Below, piece after piece: positions 31,481 through 41,889 of a DNA stretch of 64,000 bases. The position numbers and the translations under genes were made by a program. A model generated the notes under the pieces. The model did not search any database and had not been told where the DNA came from. It saw only the letters and a list, made by a program, of their open reading frames with translations. Position 1 is the first letter of the stretch, and each line of letters starts with the position of its first letter. This DNA comes from an uncultured Acidobacteriota bacterium (lineage in GTDB: Bacteria > Acidobacteriota > Thermoanaerobaculia > UBA5066 > Gp7-AA6), in NCBI GenBank assembly GCA_963764715.1, contig CAVXTP010000002.1, positions 1 through 64,000 of the forward strand, given 5' to 3'.

Positions 31481-33182
31481 GAGACTCTTCCTCGTTGCGA
31501 TTGTCGGGCCGGCGGCGGTTTTGCTGGCGGCGGGGGCGAAGCCGGCGGGGCTCTTCCGGGACGTGACGAAGGCCTCGGGGATCAAGATGGCGGTCGGCTC
31601 CGACCTGATGCGGCTGAAGCTCATCGCGACGATGGTCGGCGGCTGCGCGATCGGGGACTACGACGGCGACGGCCGGCCCGACCTCTACGTGACCAACTCC
31701 GTGCCGCGCTGGGGCAAGCCCAACACGGACCACTGCGGCCGGCTCTTCCGCAACGTGGGCGGGCGCTTCGAGGAGACGACCCCGGCGTCCGGGATCCGGG
31801 CGTGCGGCCTCGGCATGGGAGCGTTCTGGGCCGACCTCGACGGCGACGGACGGCTCGACCTCTACCTGACGAACGTCGGTCCGAATGCCGTCTGGTGGAA
31901 CCGGGGCGACGGGACGTTCGAGGAAGGCCGGGACACGGGTCTCGAGGACCCGCTCTTTTCGGTCGGCGCCGGCTTCTTCGACTACGACGGCGACGGCCGC
32001 CTCGACGTCGCCGTCGCCAACTATCTCGACTCGACGCCGGAGTGGGAAGTCGCGCAGGCGCAGTTCGAGCTCCGCGTGCCGGAGGACTACACGGGGCAGC
32101 CGTCGCACCTCTACCGCAACGAGGGCGGGCGCCGGTTTCGCGACGTGACGGAGACGGCGGGCCTCTCCGTGCCGCCGGCCGACACCAAGACGCTCTCCAT
32201 CGCGGTCCTCGACTACGACGGCGACGGCCGCCCGGATCTCTATTTCGTCAACGACCGCGTGGTCAATCGGCTCTTCCGCAACGCGGGAGGCGGCCGCTTC
32301 GAGGAGGTGACGGCGGAGACCGGCGCCGGGGTCCTCGGCGACCGTCCGCGGGCGGGCATGGGCGTCGCCGTCGGCGACCCCTTCGGCGACGGGCGGGACT
32401 CGCTCTTCGTGACCAACTTCGGCGCGGAGGAGAACAGCCTGTATCGCAACGTCGAGGGCGCGCTCTTCGAGGACGCCGGGCGCGGCCTCGGGAGCCGGCG
32501 AGGATCGGCCTTCCGAACGTTCGGTGGGGCACGCACTTCGCCGACTTCGACAACGACGGCTGGCCCGATCTCTACGCCGCGGGCGGCCACCTCGCCCCGC
32601 GCATCGTCCGCATGCTCGGGCACTACCGCGGAGGCGGGGCCTCCTACGTCGAGGCGGGCGACCGCGCCTTCGCGCAGAAGACGGTGGTCCTCCACAACCT
32701 CGGCGAGGGCCGGTTCGTCGAGTGGCAGGACACGGGCGATCTCGGGAAGCTCCGGATGTCGGCGCGCGGAACCGCCGTGGCCGACCTCGACGGCGACGGC
32801 GCGCTCGACCTCGTCGTCGTCGACATCGACGGGCCGCTGAGGATTCTCCGCAACGCGCTGCCGGCGGGACACTGGATCGCGATCGAGCCGCGGCCGAGCG
32901 CCGACGGATTCGCGGACCGTCCTCGAAACACGCGTCGCCGTCACGGCCGGAGGGAGGACGCAGGTGCAGACGTACCGCGTCCTCGCCGTCGTACGCTTCG
33001 GGTTCGCTCGTGCCGCTCCACTTCGGCCTCGGGGCGGCCGACGACCGCCGACGTCGAGGTGCGCTGGCCCGGGGGCGAGCGGCAGACCTTCGCCGGCCGT
33101 CGCGGCGAACCGCGCCTACGCCGTCCGGCCCGGCGGAACGCTCGAGAGTATGATCGCCGCCGGCGCGAAGCCGCAGCCATGA
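31476..33182 (+). CDS. CRTAC1-family FG-GAP/ASPIC-UnbV secreted protein; indels ~32480-33100
   Basis: DYDGDGRPDLY, DLDGDGRLDLY, AGMGVAVGD, DFDNDGWPDL, LHFGLG..VEVRWP. Confidence 0.85.
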
Positions 33183-33919
33183 TCCCCATCGGCGACGACA
33201 ACTCGGACCGGCGCATCACGCCGCTCGTGACGTGGATGCTGATCGGCATCAACGTCTTCGTGTTCGTGGTGCTCCAGGGGCTCGGCTCCAACGAGCGCTT
33301 CACGATGGCCTTCGCGACGGTGCCGGCCGAGATCCTGACCGGGCGCGACATCGTGGAAACCGTCCCGATCCGCGACGCCTACGGTCGCACGGTCGGCGGG
33401 CTGGAGCTGCCGGAGACGCCGATTCCCGTCTACCTGACGCTGATCTCGGCCATGTTCATGCACGGCTCGCTCATGCACCTGCTCGGCAACATGCTGTACC
33501 TCTGGATTTTCGGCGACAACCTCGAGGACGCCATGGGACACGGGCGGTACCTCGTCTTCTATCCTGCTGACCGGGGTGCTCGCGGGCCTCGCCCACGTCT
33601 TCGTGACGGCCGTCTTCGGGGATGAATCCGCTCGTGCCGTGCATCGGCGCCTCGGGAGCGATCTCGGGGATCCTCGGCGGATACATCGTTCTCTTCCCGC
33701 ACCGCCGCGTCCGCGTGATCTGGCTCTACCAGGTGATGCACGTCCCGGCGATCGTGGCGCTCGGGCGTCTGGTTCGTCTTCCAGCTCTTCAGCGGCGTCG
33801 GCTCGGCCGGGACGCCGGGGGGCGGCGTCGCCTACGGCGCGCACATCGGCGGCTTCCTCGCCGGCGTCGTCCTGGTGAAGCTCTTCGGCCGCGCGCGGCC
33901 CGCGTTTCAGGTCGCCTGA
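33179..33919 (+). CDS. Rhomboid intramembrane serine protease; indels ~33562, ~33620, ~33765
   Basis: MIPIGDDN, MFMHGSLMHLLGNMLYLWIFGDNLED, GASGAISG, AYGAHIGGF. Confidence 0.9.
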
Positions 33920-34308
33920 GCCGGGGCGCCCGCGGACTCGGCCGCGGCGGACGAGGCGTCGATCGCCACGGCCGCGAAGCAGACGATGAGGAGCGCCGAG
34001 TATTCGAACCCGTTGCGCCCTCCGCCCACGACGAACCAGCCTTCCCGGAAGTGCACGAGCGCGATCCCGCAGGCGAGCTCGATCGCGAACCAGGCGCAGA
34101 GCGGCCTCACCAGCCGGCCCGAGATCAACGTCAGGCCGCCGAGGATCTCGACGGCCGTCAGCAGCCACGCGACTCCCGTGCCGAACGGGACGTGGTTGCC
34201 CTCGAGGAACCCGCCGAAGCCGGGGACGCCGCCCGTCGCGGCGCGGGTGGTCCCGTGGATCACCATCATCGCCGCCGCGGCCATGCGGACCAGGACGATC
34301 CCGCGCAC
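33907..34308 (-). CDS. DoxX family membrane protein
   Basis: R.....M.IHG, EILGG, VHFREGWFV..NGFEYS. Confidence 0.85.
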   Translation of the reverse strand: MRGIVLVRMAAAAMMVIHGTTRAATGGVPGFGGFLEGNHVPFGTGVAWLLTAVEILGGLTLISGRLVRPLCAWFAIELACGIALVHFREGWFVVGGGRNGFEYSALLIVCFAAVAIDASSAAAESAGAPAQAT

Positions 34309-34317
34309 GGGCAGACT

Positions 34318-34758
34318 CTACAGCGTCTTTTCGAGCACGTGCTGCTGCTTGATCCGGCCGAAGCCTTCGCGCTCGTAGAAGCGCAGGGCCCGCTCGCGGA
34401 TCACGTTCGTCCGGACGCGGAGCGCCCGGCAGCCGCGCGCTCGCGCCCAGTCCGCCGCGGCCGCGACGAGGGAGGCCCCGATGCTGGAACCGCGCCGTGC
34501 CTCGTCGACGACGAGGCCGGCGATCTCCGCCGTGCCCGGCGACTCGAAGATGCGGGACAGGCTGACCTGCAGCCAGCCTGCGAGCCCGCCGGGAGCGGGC
34601 ACGACGAGAAGGGCGTGATCGGGGTGGCCGGAGAGGAGCTCGAGCTGCCGCGCGGCGTCCGCCGCCGACATCGGATAGCCGAGCTGGCTCGAGAGACGCG
34701 CGAGCTCCGGCGTGTCCTCCGGCCGGGCCTCGCGGACTCCCGGCGTCATCTCAGCCAA
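34318..34758 (-). CDS. GNAT N-acetyltransferase
   Basis: QLGYP, LVVDEARRGSSIG, ALRFYEREGF. Confidence 0.85.
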   Translation of the reverse strand: MAEMTPGVREARPEDTPELARLSSQLGYPMSAADAARQLELLSGHPDHALLVVPAPGGLAGWLQVSLSRIFESPGTAEIAGLVVDEARRGSSIGASLVAAAADWARARGCRALRVRTNVIRERALRFYEREGFGRIKQQHVLEKTL

Positions 34759-35239
34759 GGGTCTTGATGTAGCGGACGTATTCGGCCGAGAAGCCGCGGC
34801 GTTCGTACACGTCGCGGGCGTGCCGATTCTCGTCGAAGACGTTGAGGGTCAGGACGGCGTAGCCCTTCGAGCGCGTCCAGTCCTCCGACGCGGTCAGAAG
34901 CGCCCCGCCGGCCCCGGTCCCCTCGGCCTCCCGGGCGACGGCGAGCTCCGCCAGGTGCGCGTGCGGGCGGCGGGTGAAGAAGTCGAGCTGCGTCTCGAGG
35001 TACGCGAACCCGAGCGGCCGACCTCGAGCGTCCTCGGCGACGAGAAGACCGGAGTCGGCGGGAGCGTTCTCGAAGAAGTTCCGGAGGGCCCGCGACTCTC
35101 CGTCGACGACCTCGGCGACCGTGCGCCACGGCGGGGGCCCGAACTCGGCCAGCCGCGCCGCGGTCGAGAGCACGAACTCGCGGTCGTCGGGCCGGGCCGG
35201 ACGGACGACGACGCTCCGCGCGTCTCTCTGTTCCGCCAT
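34751..35239 (-). CDS. GNAT N-acetyltransferase
   Basis: LAVAREAEGTGAG, LNVFDENRHARDVYERRGF. Confidence 0.85.
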   Translation of the reverse strand: MAEQRDARSVVVRPARPDDREFVLSTAARLAEFGPPPWRTVAEVVDGESRALRNFFENAPADSGLLVAEDARGRPLGFAYLETQLDFFTRRPHAHLAELAVAREAEGTGAGGALLTASEDWTRSKGYAVLTLNVFDENRHARDVYERRGFSAEYVRYIKTLG

Positions 35240-35251
35240 GGGTCGCGAAGT

Positions 35252-36974
35252 CTATCGCGGCGCCGCGGCCGCCCCTTCGACGACGGTCAGCCGCGCGCCG
35301 CCCGGGGACGTCGGTCATCCGCTGGGTCTGACCGTCGGGCCAGCGGATCTCGAGCGAGTCGATCTTCGGGGCCGCGCCGAGGCCGAAGGTGAGCGTCTTC
35401 TCGGAGGCGGAGAGGTACGACTGCCCGCCGGACACTTCCTGCGTGAGGGTCCGGCCGGCGATCGAGGCCGTGACGCGGGCCCCGACGGCGTCGCGATTGG
35501 ACGGAGGGGCCCCTTCGAGGCGAAGGCGCACGCTCCGGTTCGGGGCGTTCACGGGATTCAGGTAGACGCGGGCCGGGCCGCCGTTCTCGACCACGACGAG
35601 GTCGACGTCGCCGTCGCCGTCGAGGTCCGCGTATGCCGAGCCCCGGGCGACCAGCGGCGCCGCCAGGTCGCCGGACCGCGCGCCGAGGGCCTCGAAGCGG
35701 CCGTCGCCGGCGTTGAGATAGAGAGCCGGCGCCTGGCGGTACGCGACGTCCTTCTGGACCGCCTGCACGGTCGGCTCGACGTGGCCGTTGGCGAGGAGGA
35801 GGTCCATCCGGCCGTCGAGGTCGGCGTCGAAGAAGAGGACGCCGAAGGTCAGGTCGAGGAGCGAGGAGGGCCCGACGCCGCTCCGCGGCGACTCGTCCAG
35901 GAAGACCTCGCCCGTCTCCGTCCAGTAGAGGGACTTGAGCTCGTTGGAGAAGTTGCCGATCGCGAGCGCGAAGCCCTTGCCGTTGCGGGTGTCGGCCCAG
36001 GCCGCGCCCATGGCGCCGCGTGCGCGGCCGGCCTCGTCGACCGCGATCCCCGCCGGGATCGCGACGTCCTCGAAGACGCCGCCGCCCTGGTTGTGGAACA
36101 GGTTGTTGGGCGCGGTGTCGTTGGCGACGAGGATGTCCGTGCGGCCGTCCCCGTCGAAGTCCCAGGGGGCGACTCCCAGAGCCTTCTGGTTGTCGTTGCC
36201 GGTGCCCGAGGCGTTCGTCACGTCGATGAAACGGCCGCCCCCGGCGTTGCGGTAGAGATGCGAGGGCGTGCCGGGGTAGCGCTCCGGGGTGCAGTAGGCC
36301 TTGGTGCTCCCGTCGAGCGTGCAGAAGAGGTCCCGGGCGGGGCTCCAGTCGACGTAGCGGCAGACGTAGAGGTCGAGCCGGCCGTCCCCGTCGAAGTCGA
36401 GCCAGGCCGACGAGGTCCCCCAGCCCGACTCGCGCACGTCCGCCTTCGAGGAGACCTCCTCGAACCGACCGCCGAGGTTGTGAAAGAGGAAGTTGCGGTT
36501 GAGGCCCGTGACGTAGACGTCGTCGCGCCCGTCGTTGTCGTAGTCCGCGACCGACGCGCCCATCCCGTAGAAGACGCGCGCCAGCCCGGCCTCGCGCGTG
36601 ACGTCGCGGAAGCGGGGCCGTCCGGCCGCGTCGGGGCCCTCGTTGCGGTAGAGCGCGAGGGAGGATTTCTGCGAGGCGGACCGGGGATCGCCGGGCCAGT
36701 ACGCCCCCGACACGAACAGGAGGTCGGGCCGTCCGTCGCCGTCGAAGTCGAGGACGGCGACGCCGCCGCCCATCGTCTCCGGCATCCACTTCTTGCCGGC
36801 GGCGCCCGTGACGTGCGTGAAGCCGACGCCGATCGCCGCGGCCCTCTCCTGAAAGGCGAGGGCCCGGCGCGGCGCAGGCGCGGGCGTCGGCGGAGGCGCG
36901 ACGGCCGCCTTCTCGGCGCGCCGGCAGGCGAGACCGAGGCAGAGCAGGCTTCCGATCGTCCGCAGGCGCCGCAC
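35252..36974 (-). CDS. CRTAC1-family FG-GAP/ASPIC-UnbV protein, probable lipoprotein; indel ~35305
   Basis: CLGLAC lipobox-like, MPETMGGGVAVLDFDGDGRPDL, DYDNDG, ARGSAYADLDGDGDVD, GQSYLSASEKTLTFGLG..EIRWP. Confidence 0.88.
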
Positions 36975-37009
36975 GGGGCGGTAGTTTAGCCTCCGGCCCG
37001 CCGCGCGAA

Positions 37010-39763
37010 TCAGGGAACGGAAGAAACCCTGGGAGCGGGGGCGGGAGGCCGCGACGGGGCCGTGGCGTAGGACCACTGCGCGGCCTCGGACGGGACGGGC
37101 GCGTGCCGCCGCGTCAGGTAGCCGCCGTCGGTCTCGTATCCCTTCGGCCCGATCCCCGCCACCCACGGCGCCGGTTGCCCCGGCGGAGGCTCGGCCTCCG
37201 CGTGGACGTGGAGCCCGAGCGATTCGCGATTGGCGAAGGGATTCTCGAGCCGGAAATCTCCGGCGATCGCGCGGATCGACTCGTCGTCCTTGTACTTGCG
37301 GTAGGCCGCGTCGTGGGCCTCGGCCTTTCGGCGGTCGCCGGTCGCGCGGTAGACCCGCATCAGGTTGTAGTGGGCGTTGAGGTCCTCGGGGTCGATCGCG
37401 AGAACCTTCTCGTAGGCGGCGATCGCGTCCGGATACCGGCCGGCGAGCCACGCGACGAGGCCGAGGTTGTTCCAGGCGACGCGGTCGAGGGGGAATTTCT
37501 CGAGGACGGCTTTCAGGTCCTTCTCCGCGTCGTCCAGACGCCCCTCGTCCTTGGCGACGGTCGCCCGGAAGAAGGCCGTCTTGCCCCAGCCCGGCCTGCG
37601 CCGCTCGGCCTCGGCGAGCGACGCCCGGGCGTCCGAGAGGCGGCCCTCGGCGATCTCTGCGCGCGCGCGGTTCAGAGGGCCGTCGGGCTTGTCGGGGGCG
37701 AGCTCGGCGACCTTCGTCCACGCCGCCGCCGCGCCCTTGAGGTCGCCCTGGAGGAAGAGGCCGATCCCGTAGTCGTTCCAGCGCAGCCATGCCGGGTCGG
37801 TGTTGCCGCGCGCGCCCGCCGGCGGCGTCGGAAGCGTTCTCCCCCCGACCGGCAGGACGACCGTGTCGCTCGCGAGCGTCGTCACGGGCAGCGACGGGTG
37901 CTCGGCGCCGAGCGAGAAGGTCGTGTAGTCGCGGCTGAACTTCCGGTAGTGCGTGCCGGCCGCCAGCGTGACGCCGCCGCGCGCGTCCTCGGGAATGCGG
38001 ACGCGATAGTGCACCACGCGCGCGGCGCCCGGCCCGATGGCGTTGTTGTACAGCGGCACGCGGATGTCCTGCGGCTGCCGCCGGTCCATCGGATCGCCGT
38101 TCTGGTCGATGACCAGAGTCGAGAGGCGGTCCGCGGCCGCATCCAGGCGTCCCCCCGCGTCGAGCACGCCGCTCGCGAAGAAGCGCCCGCCGTCCGACGC
38201 GGCTTCGAGCGACACCCACGTCTCGTTCGAGTCGGCGGTGCCGTTGGTGTAGGGGTGGCCGACGCCGCGGGTTCGGACGACGACCTCGATGTCGAGGGTC
38301 TCGCCGGGACGCACGGCGGGCGGGTTTTCGCCGAGGACCTCGAGCCGTCCGCCCGCGCGGCGCAGGGCAAAGAGGTCGACCGACAGGACCTTGTTCCGCA
38401 GGAAATCCTCGATCGCCTTCTGCGTGGAGGCGTCCTTGCGGACGAAGGGCAGGGCGGTGTTCGCGGCCGGAAAGAGGTGGTCGTGCAGGTAGCCATTCCG
38501 GCTCCCGAACTCGTCGGAGCGGTAGGGGGGCAGGTGGCAGTCGCGGCAGGCCCTGGCCTGCGGCGGGTCGTAGAAGGACCGGACCGCCCGCCCGGAGACG
38601 CCGGAGTCGTACCAGGTGTCGTAGTGGTCCTGGCCGCGCAGCCACCGGTACCCGTTCAGCGCCGGGATCAGCGCGACCTTGTGGCAGGTCGCGCAGAACT
38701 CGGGCGTGCGCATGACGGGCTTCATGAACGTCTTCCGGTGGAGCGACGGCTCCATGCGGATGAGCAGCCGGTTGACCGCGCGCAGCATCCCGTTCTGCGA
38801 GAAGGCGAAGGGATACTGCTTGGACTCCTCGATGACGTAGCCGCCGTTGCCCTCGGTGCCCTTGACCTCCGCGATCGAGTGACAGGACATGCAGGTCAGT
38901 CCCTGCTGCGCTTCCCAGGAGTCGTAGGAGAAGGCGGCCTGGGTCGCGGCGCCCATCTGGCCCGTGAAGAGAACGACGGGATCGTGGCAGCCCGAGCACC
39001 ACTTCGTCCGCTCGCGGCCCACCTGGTCCGCCATGAGCTCCACGCTCTTCCGATAGAAGGGATTGTTGAACGAGGAAAACCGGTGGGCGGAGCGTTCCCA
39101 CTGGTGGAAGGAATCCGGGTGGCACTCCTTGCAGTACGCGTTGGCGGCGAGCTTCTTGCCGTCGAGCAGTCCCTGATCGAAGGTCTCGGAAGAGGACGGA
39201 TAGAAAACGGTGTCGCCGTTCATGTTGACGATGCGCCGGGGAGGTTTCTCGAGCTTCGCGAGGACGGCCATCCCGGCGAGGAAGACGGCGACCGCGCCGC
39301 CCCAGGCGAAGAGGCGGCGGAACTGCAGGCGGTGGGTGTGCGCGCGGCGGTGGAGGATGAAGGCGACGAGCGCGAGCGGCACCGACGCGACGTGCGCGAG
39401 CCAGATCGGCCGGTGGGAGAGGGTCGCGCCGCGCAGCGTCATCGTCACGCCCGTCGACACGCAGACGAGGGCGAGGCCGAAGATCGCGAGGCCCGCGGCC
39501 TTCGCCCGCCGGTTCCAGGTCCGGATCATGCGCCGGGCGTGCGTCACGGCGAAGACGAAGAAGGGCACGGCGATGAGAACGCCGAGCGTCAGGTGAAGGA
39601 GCAGCATCGCGTAGAAGAACGCGGTGTCGCGCGTGAAAGCCGCGATGAAGATGGAGTTGGCCGCGATCAGCCCGAGGGGCACGAGGAGGAGGGAGTACAG
39701 CCGCCTTTGCCACGGCCTCAGCACGCCGGAGGTCCTGGCGGGCGCGGGGGCGTCCGGAGCCAT
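37010..39763 (-). CDS. Membrane-anchored pentaheme cytochrome c with C-terminal TPR repeats
   Basis: Five N-terminal hydrophobic helices; CKECH, CSGCH, CMSCH, CATCH, CRDCH; RWNDYGIGL, AWNNLG, AHYNL TPRs. Confidence 0.85.
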   Translation of the reverse strand: MAPDAPAPARTSGVLRPWQRRLYSLLLVPLGLIAANSIFIAAFTRDTAFFYAMLLLHLTLGVLIAVPFFVFAVTHARRMIRTWNRRAKAAGLAIFGLALVCVSTGVTMTLRGATLSHRPIWLAHVASVPLALVAFILHRRAHTHRLQFRRLFAWGGAVAVFLAGMAVLAKLEKPPRRIVNMNGDTVFYPSSSETFDQGLLDGKKLAANAYCKECHPDSFHQWERSAHRFSSFNNPFYRKSVELMADQVGRERTKWCSGCHDPVVLFTGQMGAATQAAFSYDSWEAQQGLTCMSCHSIAEVKGTEGNGGYVIEESKQYPFAFSQNGMLRAVNRLLIRMEPSLHRKTFMKPVMRTPEFCATCHKVALIPALNGYRWLRGQDHYDTWYDSGVSGRAVRSFYDPPQARACRDCHLPPYRSDEFGSRNGYLHDHLFPAANTALPFVRKDASTQKAIEDFLRNKVLSVDLFALRRAGGRLEVLGENPPAVRPGETLDIEVVVRTRGVGHPYTNGTADSNETWVSLEAASDGGRFFASGVLDAGGRLDAAADRLSTLVIDQNGDPMDRRQPQDIRVPLYNNAIGPGAARVVHYRVRIPEDARGGVTLAAGTHYRKFSRDYTTFSLGAEHPSLPVTTLASDTVVLPVGGRTLPTPPAGARGNTDPAWLRWNDYGIGLFLQGDLKGAAAAWTKVAELAPDKPDGPLNRARAEIAEGRLSDARASLAEAERRRPGWGKTAFFRATVAKDEGRLDDAEKDLKAVLEKFPLDRVAWNNLGLVAWLAGRYPDAIAAYEKVLAIDPEDLNAHYNLMRVYRATGDRRKAEAHDAAYRKYKDDESIRAIAGDFRLENPFANRESLGLHVHAEAEPPPGQPAPWVAGIGPKGYETDGGYLTRRHAPVPSEAAQWSYATAPSRPPAPAPRVSSVP

Positions 39764-39837
39764 CGCGGGCCATTTTATGGGAAGCGCCGCCCGGCGGGCG
39801 GGCCACGTGCCTTCGACCGCCGGGTTATCTTTGCGCC

Positions 39838-40548
39838 GTGCCGACCCGCGCCGTCTTCGCCGATTGTCACGTCGGGCGCCGTCCGGGCGACGAGGGGCCC
39901 TTCCTCGAGGCCCTCGAGAAAGCGCGCCGGCGGGGCGTCACCCGCATCACGCTCCTCGGCGACATCTTTCACTTCTTCATCGCCCACCCCAGGTTCGAGA
40001 CCCCGGCGATCGCCCGGTTTCTCGAGACCGTGCGCCGGCTTGCGGCGGCCGGGGTCGCGGTGACGTACGTCGAAGGCAACCGCGACTTCTTCCTTCGCGG
40101 CAGCTACGTCGAGAAGGAGTTCGAGTCGGTCTGCGACGAGGAGGTGTTCGAGGCCGGGGGGCGGCGGTTTCTGGCGACGCACGGGGACCTCCTGAACGAC
40201 AAGGACCTGCCGTACCGGTTCTGGCGCTTCCTGTCCAAGAACCCGGTTTCGCGCTTCGCCCTCAACTTCTTCCCGAAGGAGGCCGGCAATCGCCTCGTGT
40301 GGAAGGTCGAGGCCCGCCTCTATCGCTCCAACTTCAAGCACAAGTCGCGCCTGCCGTTCGACATGATCCGCGCGTTCGCCGGGCGCCGGGTCCGCGAAGG
40401 CGTCGACGTCGTCCTCCTCGGCCACTTCCACAAGTCCTGGAGCGAGCCGGTCGACGGCGGCCGGGTCGAGATCCTGCCGGCGTTCGTCGAGGATCGGCGC
40501 TGGATGGAGATCGCGGAGGACGGGAGCACCTCCCTCGTCTCGCTCTGA
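39838..40548 (+). CDS. lpxH: UDP-2,3-diacylglucosamine hydrolase (LpxH-like metallophosphoesterase)
   Basis: ADCH, LGDIF, EGNRDF, THGD, GHFH. Confidence 0.8.
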   Translation: MPTRAVFADCHVGRRPGDEGPFLEALEKARRRGVTRITLLGDIFHFFIAHPRFETPAIARFLETVRRLAAAGVAVTYVEGNRDFFLRGSYVEKEFESVCDEEVFEAGGRRFLATHGDLLNDKDLPYRFWRFLSKNPVSRFALNFFPKEAGNRLVWKVEARLYRSNFKHKSRLPFDMIRAFAGRRVREGVDVVLLGHFHKSWSEPVDGGRVEILPAFVEDRRWMEIAEDGSTSLVSL

Positions 40549-40558
40549 GCGCGCCCCG

Positions 40559-41843
40559 ATGACCGATTACCTGGCGATCCCGCCGGTGCGCTCGCTCGAG
40601 GGAAGGCTCCGGGTGCCTCCGTCGAAGAGCGCGCACGAACCGCGGGCTCGTCCTCGCCGCGCTCGGGGAGACGCCGGTCGAGATCGTCCGCCCGCTCGAA
40701 AGCGACGACACCGCGGCGCTCCGGCGCTGCCTGTCGGCGATGGGCGCGCGCTTCGAGCCGACCGCGGACGGGTGGCGCGTCGCCGGACCTCTCGGGCGCG
40801 GCCCCGGGAGCGCCGTCCCACTGGACGTCGCCGACTCGGGGACGGCGGCACGGTTCCTGACCGCGGTCTGCGCCGCCGTGCCGGGAAGGTTCTCGCTGAC
40901 CGGGTCCGCCCGCCTCTGCGAGCGACCGATCGGGGAGCTCGTCGAGGCGCTTTCGCGCCGCGGCGCCAGGATCGCCTACCTCGGCGCCGACGGCCGGCTG
41001 CCGCTCGAAATCGAGGGCGGCTTCCTCGCGTCCGGCGAGGTCCGCGTGGATGCATCGCGGTCGAGCCAGTTCCTCTCGGCCCTCCTGCTCGCCGCCGTGG
41101 CGGTCGAAGGCGGGCTCACGGTCGCGCCCTCGGGGCCCGTGGCCTCGGCCCCGTACGTCGGAATGACGCTCGAATCGTTGCGCGAGTTCGGGCACGAAGC
41201 GGAGGCATCGGCGGACGGGAGCTTTCGCGTGCGGCGCGGCCTCGCGCCGGCGGCGCGCTTCGAGGTCCCGGGCGATTACTCCTCGGCGGTCCCGTTCCTG
41301 GCGGCCCTCGCGGTCGCCGGCGGGCGCCTGGTCCTCGAGGGGCTGCGCTGGCCATCGCTCGACGCCGACGCGGCCGCGCTGCCCGTTCTCGAGAGGATGG
41401 GCCTCGCCGTCGAGGCCCGGGACGGCATCCTGAGCGCCTCGCGCGGCTCCGGAGCGCTTGCTCCCGTCGAGGTGGTGGCGACCGATTTCCCGGACGCCGT
41501 CCCGTCGCTCGCCGCAGCGGCGGCGCTCGCCCGCGGGACGAGCCGCTTTTCGGGCGTCGCCCATCTGCGTCTCAAGGAGAGCGACCGGCTCGCGGCCCTC
41601 GAAGCGCTGGTCGTTTCCGCGGGCGGCCGGGCGGGGATCGCAGGCGACACGCTCGAAGTGGCAGGGCCGGCGAAGGCTCCGCCCTCCGTCGCCCGTCTCG
41701 CGACGCACCGCGACCACCGGATGGCGATGTCCGCGGCGATCCTCTCGCTTCGACTGCCGGGCCTTCTGATCGAGAATCCGGATTGCGTCGCGAAGTCCTA
41801 TCCCGCGTTCTTTCGCGACCTCGAGCGGCTCGCCGTCCGCTGA
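40559..41843 (+). CDS. aroA: 3-phosphoshikimate 1-carboxyvinyltransferase; indel ~40632
   Basis: PPSKS, SGTAARFL, SSQFLSALL, LRLKESDRL, DHRMAM, KSYPAF. Confidence 0.93.
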
Positions 41844-41889
41844 TCCCGGCCTCGCGACAATAAGAAGGCAGAGATTCGGTGAGACATTC

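Noticed and set aside
28136-36974. Enediyne biosynthetic cluster suggested by UnbV-like domains
   Set aside because: No PKS, thioesterase or other enediyne core genes in the window
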